Part shown: piece by piece, positions 21,630-30,889 of the stretch | Position numbering within the stretch: position 1 is the first letter of the stretch | How the letters are laid out: each line of letters begins with the position of its first letter | Assembly: GCA_964372875.1 (NCBI GenBank) | Contig: CAYJTB010000006.1 | Span: 1-63,698, forward strand | Direction of reading: 5' to 3' | Origin: an uncultured bacterium | GTDB lineage: Bacteria > Omnitrophota > Omnitrophia > Omnitrophales > JACQLI01 | Length of the DNA: 63,698 bases | Made by a program: the position numbers and the translations under genes | Notes under the pieces: generated by a model | Database searches by the model: none | What the model saw: the letters and a program-made list of their open reading frames with translations, nothing else | Told to the model about the DNA's origin: nothing

Positions 21630-22397
21630 TTAACCGAATAAAAACCGGAGATTGCTCAAGACTCCCAAAAAGGCGGCTTCAAGCCGCAAGGTTGAGTCTC
21701 CCAAATAAACTTTTTGGACCCCGCGCATTTCGGCCAACTTTACTTCCTCGGGGGTAAAGCCGCCTTCAGGCCCAAAAAAAAGAAAGACGGATTTCAAATC
21801 ATCTCGGGCGTGGAATGTTTTCAATTGTTCGGTCCACTCGGAAAAAGAAATCCCTTCGGGATCCAAATGAAATAGAAATCCCCGATCGCCCGGCTGGATT
21901 TTTTCTTGAATCACCCGCTCCAAAGAAAGCGGCCCTTCGATTCTAGTTAAGACGGGGCTGCCCGATTGTTTGCAGGCTCCCACGACGATTCTTTCCCATC
22001 TTTTTTTCGCGCGGTCTTTGGCCTCAGACCGGATCGTGACCACGGTTCGCTTCGTCTCGGTGATCCAAAGCTCCCCCACGCCAAGCTCAGACGCCCAATC
22101 TACCAGCGTGTCCATTTTTTTCTTTTGAGGGATCGCCTGGCTTACTTTGAGCAAAAGTGATTTTTGTTTTAAGGGATAGATTTTTCCCAACCGGAGCTCG
22201 GCGCCTTGGTTTTTCGGAAGGGTTTCGATAGTTGCTTGGGCTCCCCAGCCCGCTGGATTAAACACTTCGCAAGAATCCCCAATTTTCAAACGTAAGACCT
22301 TCGAGAGATGATATGTTTCGCGAATGGACAACTGAATAGGAGCGCCTTCCCGGGCGAAGGAGGTATCAACGAAAAAGCGCCGGAGACTTCGGGACAA
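21630..22397 (-). CDS. rsmE: 16S rRNA (uracil1498-N3)-methyltransferase
   Basis: RsmE-like N-terminal PUA region (RRFFVD...HLSKVLRLKIGD) and C-terminal SPOUT region (GPEGGFTPEEV). Confidence 0.85.
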   Translation of the reverse strand: MSRSLRRFFVDTSFAREGAPIQLSIRETYHLSKVLRLKIGDSCEVFNPAGWGAQATIETLPKNQGAELRLGKIYPLKQKSLLLKVSQAIPQKKKMDTLVDWASELGVGELWITETKRTVVTIRSEAKDRAKKRWERIVVGACKQSGSPVLTRIEGPLSLERVIQEKIQPGDRGFLFHLDPEGISFSEWTEQLKTFHARDDLKSVFLFFGPEGGFTPEEVKLAEMRGVQKVYLGDSTLRLEAAFLGVLSNLRFLFG

Positions 22398-22399
22398 GC

Positions 22400-22696
22400 T
22401 TACTTAGTTTCTTTCTTGGATCCTTCTTTGCCTTTAGCTTCTTTTTTGCCTGCCTGTGAAGCGTCGGCAGAACCGGAAGTTTTTTCTGCTCGGGCGGTGC
22501 GGACAACATTGGCGGCCTGGACACCTTTTTCACCTTCGGTCACATCAAAAGTCACTTGGTCTCCTTCTTCGAGGGTCTTATAGCCTTCTTTTTGAATGGT
22601 GGAATAATGAACGAAAATATCACCGCCCCCTTCTTTTTCAATGAAACCGAAACCTTTGACATTGGAAAACCATTTCACTTTGCCTTTTTCTGCCAT
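22400..22696 (-). CDS. Cold-shock domain protein with Lys-rich C-terminal tail
   Basis: RNP1/RNP2 motifs KGFGFI and FVHYS. About 30 extra residues follow (…[17 protein letters not shown]). Confidence 0.9.
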   Translation of the reverse strand: MAEKGKVKWFSNVKGFGFIEKEGGGDIFVHYSTIQKEGYKTLEEGDQVTFDVTEGEKGVQAANVVRTARAEKTSGSADASQAGKKEAKGKEGSKKETK

Positions 22697-22714
22697 GCCC
22701 GAACCCTCCCGTTC

Positions 22715-22996
22715 TTACTTAACTTTGCCTTTCAAAATCAGACCCGGTTTGAAGACGACTACTTTTTTTTCCGGGACTTGAACTTCTTCGCCGGTCCTAG
22801 GATTGCGTCCGATGCGACCGCGCCGGCTCTTTACTTTGAAGACTCCAAAATTTCGGAGCTCTACCGTTTCTCCTTTTTCGAGACTTTCCACAATGGCGTC
22901 AAGCGTTTTCTGGACCACTTTCTTGACATCAATCTGGGCTACATTCGTATCATTGGAGACCTTCATCACGATATCTTTCTTCGTCACGCGAACCAC
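22715..22996 (-). CDS. HU/IHF-family DNA-binding protein
   Basis: RNPRTGEEVQVP arm motif. The likely start is the GTG at 22987 (VTKKDIV), behind AAAGGGGTGG. Confidence 0.85.
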   Translation of the reverse strand: MVRVTKKDIVMKVSNDTNVAQIDVKKVVQKTLDAIVESLEKGETVELRNFGVFKVKSRRGRIGRNPRTGEEVQVPEKKVVVFKPGLILKGKVK

Positions 22997-23072
22997 CCCT
23001 TTCTGGATAATTGACCTGCCCAGAAATCTTTTCGAATGTCACAACCACCTGTCAAACCTAAAGATGCGTAAA

Positions 23073-23101
23073 AGATTAACAAGGAAAATGAGGCCTGTCA
23101 A
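23073..23101 (-). promoter_or_regulatory. Putative promoter of the HU/IHF-csp-rsmE... unit
   Basis: TTGACA, 17-nt spacer, TAATCT on the minus strand. Confidence 0.35.
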
Positions 23102-23166
23102 GGAAACACATCCTAGCACTTCGACAATATCCGATTTTATGGGAATCTCAGTACTGTGGTGAGCGA

Positions 23167-23189
23167 ATCCGCCACGCTTCGTGGCGGAT
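23167..23189 (-). terminator. Hairpin 10 nt after the lipoprotein gene stop (terminator-like, no U-tract)
   Basis: AUCCGCCAC-(5 nt)-GUGGCGGAU, a perfect 9-bp stem. Confidence 0.35.
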
Positions 23190-23199
23190 AGTCGAACCA

Positions 23200-23583
23200 C
23201 TAGGATTCTAAGTTGCCGAAGGCGCCGGCATCCCCGTATTTGGTTTCATCCGGATGATCTCTGACGTATTCTTCCTCAAAATCCCTAAAGGTTTTCTCGT
23301 TTTTAAAGTCCTCCACCCTGAGGCAGGCCTCCGCTGCTTCCCAGATCCGGTTGAGGGTAAAGGCCTTGTTATTGATCTGATAAGCCTTCGCAAAGTAGCC
23401 GCAGGCTGTGCGGTACTCCTTCAAACGTTCCTGATAGAAGGTATCATCTTTTTTTATCCGCATGGCACGGGCCTTCGCAAAGGCGTCTTCAGCCTTTACC
23501 ATGTAGATCTTGGCAAGCCACGACTGGCTCGAGCAGCCGGATAAAAGGAGGGCTAAAAAAACCATTGGTATAAATTTTTTCAT
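23200..23583 (-). CDS. Hypothetical helical lipoprotein
   Basis: Lipobox MKKFIPMVFLALLLSGC. The rest is predicted helical/TPR-like by composition. No family recognised. Confidence 0.6.
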   Translation of the reverse strand: MKKFIPMVFLALLLSGCSSQSWLAKIYMVKAEDAFAKARAMRIKKDDTFYQERLKEYRTACGYFAKAYQINNKAFTLNRIWEAAEACLRVEDFKNEKTFRDFEEEYVRDHPDETKYGDAGAFGNLES

Positions 23584-23601
23584 GGGAAGAGTTTTCGGGA
23601 A

Positions 23602-24183
23602 CTAATGGGCGAAAGCGGGTTGATTGCCCTGCTTCCATTTGATATTGCAGCCCATACTTGGCTTTTGATAAGAATCGATGGGCTGGTTGTTGAGAAGAGC
23701 GTCCACCCCTTTCCGCAGGTCCTGACCATTGATGGGTTTTCCATTTCCCGGCCGGCTGTCATCTAACTGCCCCCGGTAAACAAGCTTATGGTCCTGATCG
23801 TAAAGAAAAAAATCAGGAGTACATGCCGCCTTATAGGCCTTGGCCACAGATTGGGTCTCGTCATAACAAAATGGAAAAGTAAAGCCGAGTTCGATGGCCA
23901 TTTCTTTTAATTGATCGGGAGAATCGTCGGGATAATTTTGGGCGTCGTTTGAACTGATGGCGACAATCGCTAAATCTTTGGAATGGTAGTCTCTGCCTAG
24001 CCGCGCAAGTTCTTCTTTGATATGTTGAACATAAGGACAGTGCTGGCAGATAAACATCACAAGGAGGCCTTTTTTGCCGGAAAAGTTTTTAAGAGAAAAG
24101 GTCTTGCCTGTGACCACCTCGGGGAGAGAAAAATCCGGGGCCTTGGAGCCCAAAGCGACCATGGTTGAAGGAGTGAGTGCCAT
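23602..24183 (-). CDS. Thioredoxin-fold (AhpC/TSA-like) protein with CxxC
   Basis: APDFSLPEV...LLVMFICQHCPYV (CQHC). No signal peptide. An alternative start M8 lies at 24162. Confidence 0.75.
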   Translation of the reverse strand: MALTPSTMVALGSKAPDFSLPEVVTGKTFSLKNFSGKKGLLVMFICQHCPYVQHIKEELARLGRDYHSKDLAIVAISSNDAQNYPDDSPDQLKEMAIELGFTFPFCYDETQSVAKAYKAACTPDFFLYDQDHKLVYRGQLDDSRPGNGKPINGQDLRKGVDALLNNQPIDSYQKPSMGCNIKWKQGNQPAFAH

Positions 24184-24188
24184 AGCGG

Positions 24189-24194
24189 TATAAT
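24189..24194 (+). promoter_or_regulatory. TATAAT -10 box 9 nt upstream of the ATG at 24204 (leaderless-type)
   Basis: A perfect TATAAT sits inside the 20-nt spacer between the divergent start codons. No Shine-Dalgarno is present. Confidence 0.4.
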
Positions 24195-24203
24195 TTAACC
24201 CTT

Positions 24204-24596
24204 ATGCCGGATGAAATTCAACTATTACAACTTTTTGTCTGCCATGAATTCCGGCAGGAGAAGCAGGACCATTTTACGGCCGTAGGAATTCATAGCAATC
24301 TTTATGTTCCTAAATTCCCGTTTCATTTCAAGAAACTTTATGTGGTAACGTGCTGGAAAAAGGACAAGCGCTTTCATAAGGAAGTGATTGAATATGTCAC
24401 GGGAGACGGCCGGTCCAGCAGGAGCCCCCATATGGATGTGGAACCCATTTCAGACAGTGTTCTCTTTCGCTGGCATAAACATCCTTTTCCTTCAGACTTT
24501 CACATTGAAAAGCCGACCCTTCTCACCTTGCGAGTCATCTTAGACGCCAAGCCGCGGTTCGAATCCTACTTCCTCATCGAAAAAAGTCCGGGCTAA
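24204..24596 (+). CDS. Hypothetical 130-aa protein (only plus-strand CDS in the window)
   Basis: Clean ORF that fills the gap exactly. Its stop lies 4 nt from the convergent dnaE stop. His/Phe/Lys-rich, beta-like pattern. No family recognised with confidence. Confidence 0.55.
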   Translation: MPDEIQLLQLFVCHEFRQEKQDHFTAVGIHSNLYVPKFPFHFKKLYVVTCWKKDKRFHKEVIEYVTGDGRSSRSPHMDVEPISDSVLFRWHKHPFPSDFHIEKPTLLTLRVILDAKPRFESYFLIEKSPG

Positions 24597-24600
24597 TTTC

Positions 24601-27600
24601 CTAGTGAATTTTTACGGCGTTTTCTCCCACGAGTAACTCAATCTTCTGAAAAAGTTCGTCCGTGGTTTCAACCCGGAAATCTTCACCGGGATTAATCACC
24701 GCCATTTTTCCGCTGGGATCACGGAAATTAATATAAACGGGGACTTTTCCTTTGTGCAAACCTAAGACACCTTTGAGCTTTTGCAAAAGGTCCATGTCGA
24801 GGCCTGCGGTGTGAAGATCGATGGAGATAAGACGCGTAAAGCGTCTCTTCACTTCATCCAGCGGAACGATTTCTTCTGCGATCACCTTGGGAATATCATC
24901 GCGGGAATTAATTTTTCCCCGGATAAAAACCGTGGCGTCTTTTTTGGCAAGATTAGAACTTGATTTGTATAATTCAGGAAATACCACTACTTCGCAGGAG
25001 CCGCTCAGGTCCTGCAATGTGACAAAGGCCATGCGGTCCCCTTTTTTGGTGGTGATCTCTTTGATCGCATCCACGACACCGCCTAGCGTGACTTCTTCTT
25101 GATCCCTAAAATCCCCCAAAGTATCGGTGGATGCAGTTGCGTAATTTTTGAGTATCTTTTCGTATTTACTTAGAGGATGGGTCGTCACGTAAAATCCGAG
25201 AAGCTCCCGCTCAAACGCCAAGAGCTGGCTCTCAGGCCATTCTTCAATTTCAGGGACCTGGAAACCTTCGGCGAGTCCTCTTCCTGTACTGCCGTCACTG
25301 GCTCCTCCAAAAAAAGAAAACTGTCCCCGCTGGCGATCCTTGTGAGCGCTTGATCCGACTTCCAGGGCTTGATCCAACATGGCCATGAGCTGCGACCTCC
25401 GGTGTCCGAATTCATCGAAGGCACCGCATTTGATTAAACTCTCAATCACTTTTCGGTTACACACCCGGGGATCCACGCGCTGGGTAAAATCAAGGAAAGA
25501 ATGAAAAGCCCCGGCTTTTTTCCGTGCCGAAATAATGGAGTCAATGGCTGTGGAGCCGACATTTTTAACGGCGGTCAGTCCAAAACGGATCCGGTTCTCT
25601 CCGGCGCAAGAAAATTCGGAATAACTTTCATTGACAGAGGGCGGCAAGACTTCAATCCCCATTTTTTTGCAGGCCTCGATGTAACGAACAACCTTATCTG
25701 TGTTCCCCATTTCTGAAGTGAGAAGTGCGGTCATAAATTCGATGGAAAAATTGGCCTTCAGGTAAGCGGTCTGATAAGAAATAAAGGCGTAAGCCGTGCT
25801 GTGACTTTTATTGAAACCGTAACCTGAGAAGTATTCGATCAGGTTCCATATTTTTTCTGCGATCCTTTCATTGATGCTGTTGGTTCGGCAGCCGTCGATG
25901 AAGGCTTTTTTCTCGCGCTCCATGATCTCGGGAATCTTTTTTCCCATGGCGCGGCGTAAAAGATCGGCCTTGGCGAGACTAAAACCTGCCAAGTCGCTGA
26001 CAATGCGCATGACCTGCTCCTGATACAAAATAATTCCGTAGGTTTCCTTAAGGACGGGTTCGAGTTTCGGGTGATCGTATTGAATGAGGCTTGAGTTATG
26101 CATGCGTTTGATGAAATCGTCCACCATTCCGCTTCCAAGAGGTCCGGGCCGGTAGAGTGCAAGAAGTGCAATAAGATCGCCAAATTGCTTCGCCTTCATT
26201 TTTTTCAAAAGATCACGCATCCCGCTTGACTCAAGTTGGAATACCCCCAAGGCGTCGCCTTTGGCCAGCATTTCATAAGTGGCCTGGTCCTCAAAGGAGA
26301 CCTCGCTCATTTTGATTTCGATACCCCGCGTTCTTTTCACAATCTTGATCGTGTCATCAATCACGGTAAGTGTCTTAAGACCCAAGAAATCCATTTTAAG
26401 GAGTCCGATGTGCTCGAGAGACGTCATGGAATATTGCGTGGTCACCTGATCATCGGTCTTAAAAAGAGGTGTGTATTCAGTCAAGGGGACATCCGAGATG
26501 ACGACCCCCGCTGCATGCGTCGATGCATGACGCGTAAGGCCTTCGAGAGCTTTGGAAGTTTCGATGAGTTGATTGATGCGGGGATCCGCAGTTACAAGCT
26601 CCTTCAGTTTCGGTTCTTTTTCAAGCGCTTGTTCGATGGTCACATTCAATTCCATCGGAATTAATTTGGCGAGACGGTCAACTTCAGGATAACTAATTCC
26701 CATCACTCTTCCCACATCCCTGATCACGCCGCGGGCGGCCATGGTTCCAAAGGTAATGATTTGAGCAACATTGTCCGCGCCGTATTTTTTCCTCACATAA
26801 TCAATGACTTCGTCGCGGCGCTCATAACAAAAATCAATATCGATATCAGGCATGGAGATTCTTTCGGGATTAAGAAACCGCTCGAAGAGCAAACCGTGTG
26901 TGATCGGATCCATGTCCGTGATCCCTAATGAAAAGGCTACTAAACTGCCGGCAGCCGATCCCCTGCCCGGACCCACGGGAATTCCTTTTTCTTTGGCGTA
27001 ACGAATGAAATCCCAAACGATCAGAAAGTAACTGGTGAATCCCATTTTATTGATGAGCGTAAGTTCGTAACGAAGCCGTGTCTCGTATTCCGCCGGGATG
27101 GACCCTCCCAAGCGAGATTTTAGAAGAGTAAAACAAAGCTCTTCCACATAATTTTCTTTGGTTTTGCCCTGGGGCGGTTCAAATCGGGGAAGATGGGTCT
27201 GATTGAAAGCAAGTTCCAAGTTGCAGCGCTCGGCAACTTCCAGTGTGGCCTTCAGCGCTTCGGGAATCTCTTTGAAAAGTTCATGCATCTCCTCGCTTGA
27301 TTTGACGTAGTACTGATCACCTTGATATCGCATCCGGTTGGGTTCATCGAGCGTAGAACCGGTACCGATACAGATCAGGGCGTCGTGAGCGCCGGCGTCT
27401 TTTTGGGAAATATAATGACAGTCGTTAGTCGCAACACGCTTCAAACCAAATTCCTTAGATAAATCTTGATAAGCGCGGATCACTTTTCTCTGCGGTTCAA
27501 GCCCTTGATCGGAAAGCTCCAGGCAAAAATTTTCTTTGCCAAAAATATCCACAAATTCTTTAATCGCCCGCTTCGCCTCATCCGGGCGTTCGTTCCAAAG

Positions 27601-28059
27601 AAAATAAGGGACCTCGCCTTTCATGCATCCCGAAAGTCCGATGAGTCCCTCGGAATGTTTTTGCAGGACTTCTTTATCAATGCGGGGCCGGTAATAAAAA
27701 CCTTCGAGGAACCCGATGCTGGTGAGTTTCATTAAATTTCGGTAGCCCGCTTCATTGCGGGCGAGGATTGTCAGATGAAAAGAAGCTTCTTTGATCCCGT
27801 GTGCCTGTTTATCAAAACGTGAGCCCGGGGCAATGTAGGCTTCGATGCCGATGATGGGTTTGATGCCCTGCTTGATGGCCTCTTCATAGAATTCGATCGC
27901 GCCGAAAAGATTGCCGTGATCGGTCATCGCAAGCGCGGGAAATTGCAGCTCTTTAGCCCGCTTCATTAAGGTAGGAATCTTAGACGCAGCGTCTAGAAGA
28001 CTGTACTGCGTGTGGCAGTGTAGATGAACAAAATCAGAATGCTTCTTCATTACTCCCAT
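24601..28059 (-). CDS. dnaE: DNA polymerase III alpha subunit
   Basis: PHP domain [12 protein letters not shown], 1152 aa, OB-fold C-terminus. An alternative ATG at 28050 overlaps the guaA stop (TAATG). Confidence 0.95.
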   Translation of the reverse strand: MGVMKKHSDFVHLHCHTQYSLLDAASKIPTLMKRAKELQFPALAMTDHGNLFGAIEFYEEAIKQGIKPIIGIEAYIAPGSRFDKQAHGIKEASFHLTILARNEAGYRNLMKLTSIGFLEGFYYRPRIDKEVLQKHSEGLIGLSGCMKGEVPYFLWNERPDEAKRAIKEFVDIFGKENFCLELSDQGLEPQRKVIRAYQDLSKEFGLKRVATNDCHYISQKDAGAHDALICIGTGSTLDEPNRMRYQGDQYYVKSSEEMHELFKEIPEALKATLEVAERCNLELAFNQTHLPRFEPPQGKTKENYVEELCFTLLKSRLGGSIPAEYETRLRYELTLINKMGFTSYFLIVWDFIRYAKEKGIPVGPGRGSAAGSLVAFSLGITDMDPITHGLLFERFLNPERISMPDIDIDFCYERRDEVIDYVRKKYGADNVAQIITFGTMAARGVIRDVGRVMGISYPEVDRLAKLIPMELNVTIEQALEKEPKLKELVTADPRINQLIETSKALEGLTRHASTHAAGVVISDVPLTEYTPLFKTDDQVTTQYSMTSLEHIGLLKMDFLGLKTLTVIDDTIKIVKRTRGIEIKMSEVSFEDQATYEMLAKGDALGVFQLESSGMRDLLKKMKAKQFGDLIALLALYRPGPLGSGMVDDFIKRMHNSSLIQYDHPKLEPVLKETYGIILYQEQVMRIVSDLAGFSLAKADLLRRAMGKKIPEIMEREKKAFIDGCRTNSINERIAEKIWNLIEYFSGYGFNKSHSTAYAFISYQTAYLKANFSIEFMTALLTSEMGNTDKVVRYIEACKKMGIEVLPPSVNESYSEFSCAGENRIRFGLTAVKNVGSTAIDSIISARKKAGAFHSFLDFTQRVDPRVCNRKVIESLIKCGAFDEFGHRRSQLMAMLDQALEVGSSAHKDRQRGQFSFFGGASDGSTGRGLAEGFQVPEIEEWPESQLLAFERELLGFYVTTHPLSKYEKILKNYATASTDTLGDFRDQEEVTLGGVVDAIKEITTKKGDRMAFVTLQDLSGSCEVVVFPELYKSSSNLAKKDATVFIRGKINSRDDIPKVIAEEIVPLDEVKRRFTRLISIDLHTAGLDMDLLQKLKGVLGLHKGKVPVYINFRDPSGKMAVINPGEDFRVETTDELFQKIELLVGENAVKIH

Positions 28060-29588
28060 TCGATGGTGGCGGGAGGTTTGGAAGAGATGTCGTAACAGAC
28101 GCGGTTGATGCCGCGGACTTCATTGATAATGCGGTTGGAGATCCGAGCAAGGAGATCGTCAGGCAGGCGCGCCCAGTCTGCGGTCATGCCGTCTTGTGAA
28201 GTGACGGCGCGGATCGCAACCGCATTTTCGTAGGTTCTTTCATCGCCCATCACGCCCACGCTTTGAATCGGAAGCAAAACGGCGAAAGACTGCCAGAGTT
28301 TTTTATAAAAGCCTGCTTTTTTGATTTCATCAATCACAACCGCGTCCGCGCGGCGTAAGAGCTCAAGCCGCTCTTTGGTGACATCACCCAAAATCCGCAC
28401 GGCTAGTCCGGGGCCGGGAAAAGGCTGGCGGTCAACAATCTCAGAGGGAAGACAAAGCGCGCGGCCCACTTCGCGGACCTCGTCTTTAAAAAGCATCCGA
28501 AGCGGCTCTACCAGTTTGAATTTCATTTTGCTGGGAAGCCCGCCGACATTGTGATGGGATTTGATGGTGCTGGTGGGCCCGCCGAAAACAGAAACCGATT
28601 CGATCACATCCGGATAAAGCGTGCCCTGCGCCAGGAAAGAAACGCGGCCCAATTTTTTGGTTTGCTGTTCAAAAACTTCAATAAAGAGACGGCCGATGGT
28701 TTTTCGTTTCATCTCGGGATCGGTCACACCTTTTAATTCCCTTAAAAATTCCCGCTTTGCATCCGCGAAAATGATTTTCATCTTAAAATGTTTCTCGAAG
28801 ACTTCACGAACTTTTTTTGCTTCGTCGAGGCGAAGAAGCCCGTTGTCCACAAAAACGCTCGTGAGCTGTTTACCGATCGCCCGGTGAATCAAAACGCCGG
28901 CCACGGAGGAATCGACGCCGCCTGAGAGACCCAGCACCACTTTTTCTTTGCCTGCCTGTTTGCGTATTTTTTCAATGGATTCTTCAATGAAGGATCCGGG
29001 TGTCCAGCCTGGTTTCAACCGTGCGATCCGGAAAAGAAAATTTCCCAGGATCTGACTCCCCAACTCGGTATGAACCACTTCAGGATGAAACTGAACGCCA
29101 TAAATTTGCCTTTGCGGATCGCAGATCGCAGCGTAGGCCGAATTGCCCGTATGGGCCAAGGCTTCAAATCCTTTGGGCAACTGCACCAATTGATCGCCGT
29201 GACTCATCCAACAAATAATTTTTTTAGGAAGCTTGCGAAAAAGCCCGTCTTCCGTATCCACGGAAAGCTGGGCGTGGCCGTACTCTCTTTTTTCTGATTT
29301 TTTGACTTTTCCTTTTAAGAGATGGCCAATGAGCTGCAGGCCGTAACAAATCCCGAGGATGGGAACGCCCGCATTTAGAATTTTTGGGTCAGGAAGCGGC
29401 GCATTCTTTTGATAAACATTAGCGGGAGAGCCTGAAAAAATAACAGCCTGGGGATTGTGCGAAAGGATTTCTTTATAGGATGCGTTAAAAGGCAGGATCA
29501 GGGAAAAGACTTTGTGCTCACGGATCCGGCGGGCAATCAGCTGGGTGTATTGAGATCCGAAATCGAGGACAACGACCGTATGCGTCAC
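28050..29588 (-). CDS. guaA: GMP synthase (glutamine-hydrolysing)
   Basis: GATase (ILGICYGLQ) and ATP-PPase SGGVDSS. I assign the start to the GTG at 29588 ([24 protein letters not shown]), which overlaps the upstream TGA. The longest ORF (to 29711) would overlap the previous gene by 127 nt. Confidence 0.9.
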   Translation of the reverse strand: MTHTVVVLDFGSQYTQLIARRIREHKVFSLILPFNASYKEILSHNPQAVIFSGSPANVYQKNAPLPDPKILNAGVPILGICYGLQLIGHLLKGKVKKSEKREYGHAQLSVDTEDGLFRKLPKKIICWMSHGDQLVQLPKGFEALAHTGNSAYAAICDPQRQIYGVQFHPEVVHTELGSQILGNFLFRIARLKPGWTPGSFIEESIEKIRKQAGKEKVVLGLSGGVDSSVAGVLIHRAIGKQLTSVFVDNGLLRLDEAKKVREVFEKHFKMKIIFADAKREFLRELKGVTDPEMKRKTIGRLFIEVFEQQTKKLGRVSFLAQGTLYPDVIESVSVFGGPTSTIKSHHNVGGLPSKMKFKLVEPLRMLFKDEVREVGRALCLPSEIVDRQPFPGPGLAVRILGDVTKERLELLRRADAVVIDEIKKAGFYKKLWQSFAVLLPIQSVGVMGDERTYENAVAIRAVTSQDGMTADWARLPDDLLARISNRIINEVRGINRVCYDISSKPPATIEWE

Positions 29589-30745
29589 TTCATCATTCCC
29601 ACCCGTTGTACGGCCTGAAAAAGTTTTCCTTCGGTCTTGATTGCGGGTGCAATAATAATTTCGGTGAGTTGAAATTCTTTGATATTCCGGGCACCGACAT
29701 TGCCCAAACAAGTTTTTAGCGCGCCCACCAAATTTTGGCTGCCATCATCAAGACGGGCGGGACCAAAAAGAATTTCTTCGAGCGATCCGGTTGTGCCTAC
29801 ATTAATTCGCGTACCGCGAGGAAGATTTGCGTGAGGCGTGGCCATCCCCCAGTGAAATCCTTTGCCCGGTGCCTCTTTAGCACGAGCGAAGGCTGAACCA
29901 ATCATGACCGCATCCGCGCCGCAGGCGAAGGCCTTACAGACATCGCCGCCTGTGGACATTCCGCCGTCCGCAATGATAGGAACATAACGCCCGGTCTTCT
30001 TATGATAAAGTTCGCGTGCTGCGGCCGTATCGACCGTGGCGGTGACTTGCGGTACTCCCAGACCCAGAACGCCGCGTGTCGTACAAGCAGATCCGGGGCC
30101 GATTCCCACGAGAATTCCGGCGCAACCGGTTTCCATGAGTTCCAACGCCACTTTATAAGTCACACAATTTCCTAAAATCACAGGGATCTTCATGGCCTTA
30201 CAAAATTGAGTGAAATCCACCACTTGATAGGCTTTGGCGATGTGACGAACGGTCGTCACCGTGGATTGGACCACAAAGATATCGGCACCGGCTTCCTGGG
30301 CAATCTTTCCAAATTTTTCCGCGTGTTGAGGAATGGTGCTGACAACGGTGGGGACTCGGCCTTTTTTAATTTCTTCGACTCTCCACGAAATGAGTTTTTC
30401 CTTGATGGGCTCCAAATAAATTTTCTGTACAAGTTCGGTGGCTTTTTCGGGCGTGGCCTTGGTAATTTGTTCTAAAATTTCATCGGGATTTTCATAGCGG
30501 GTCTGGATGCCTTCGAGATTTAAAACTGCGATTCCACCCAGTTTGCCCATCTTGATGGCAAATTCCGGATTGACGACGCCGTCCATTGCAGACGCTAAAA
30601 AAGGAATTGAAAAATTCGTTTTGTCGATCTGCCAGTGAATATCGACTTCGTCCGGATTGATTGTGACTTCACCCGGCACCAATGCAATCTCATCAAACCC
30701 GTAAGCCCGCCTTGCCTTCCTGTCTCTTCCAATAAATTCAGCCAT
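29585..30745 (-). CDS. IMP dehydrogenase-family protein without CBS/Bateman insert (GuaB3-like)
   Basis: 386 aa. Catalytic-loop-like [11 protein letters not shown], plus IADGG and [10 protein letters not shown]-terminus [20 protein letters not shown] and tail are typical of the IMPDH-related (GuaB3) subfamily. Confidence 0.75.
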   Translation of the reverse strand: MAEFIGRDRKARRAYGFDEIALVPGEVTINPDEVDIHWQIDKTNFSIPFLASAMDGVVNPEFAIKMGKLGGIAVLNLEGIQTRYENPDEILEQITKATPEKATELVQKIYLEPIKEKLISWRVEEIKKGRVPTVVSTIPQHAEKFGKIAQEAGADIFVVQSTVTTVRHIAKAYQVVDFTQFCKAMKIPVILGNCVTYKVALELMETGCAGILVGIGPGSACTTRGVLGLGVPQVTATVDTAAARELYHKKTGRYVPIIADGGMSTGGDVCKAFACGADAVMIGSAFARAKEAPGKGFHWGMATPHANLPRGTRINVGTTGSLEEILFGPARLDDGSQNLVGALKTCLGNVGARNIKEFQLTEIIIAPAIKTEGKLFQAVQRVGMMK

Positions 30746-30776
30746 AGTTACCCTTTCAAGGTTCTAGAAAAAATAA

Positions 30777-30806
30777 AAAGGGCTAGACGATTACGTCTAG
30801 CCCTTT
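30777..30806 (-). terminator. Intrinsic terminator downstream of the groE operon
   Basis: Minus strand AAAGGGCUAGACG-UAAU-CGUCUAGCCCUUU followed by UUAUUUUUU. Confidence 0.75.
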
Positions 30807-30836
30807 GATTGGTATCGGTTTGGCGAACCATGCGAT

Positions 30837-30865
30837 ATGCTAGCCAGAACCGATCTTTTTGTCAA
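30837..30865 (-). promoter_or_regulatory. Promoter-like element upstream of guaB3-like/guaA
   Basis: TTGACA, 17-nt spacer, TAGCAT on the minus strand. It lies upstream of the terminator hairpin. Confidence 0.3.
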
Positions 30866-30889
30866 TCTGCGTTCGCAGATTATTTCTTT

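Noticed and set aside
23050-23055. A second perfect TTGACA upstream of the HU/IHF gene.
   Set aside because: No acceptable -10 hexamer lies 16-18 nt downstream (AAAAGA/GAAAAG). The upstream TTGACA-N17-TAATCT is preferred.
30746-30865. Possible purine/guanine riboswitch in the guaB3-like leader.
   Set aside because: The leader is too short for the roughly 70-nt aptamer and lacks its conserved core sequences. Only a plain terminator hairpin is visible.
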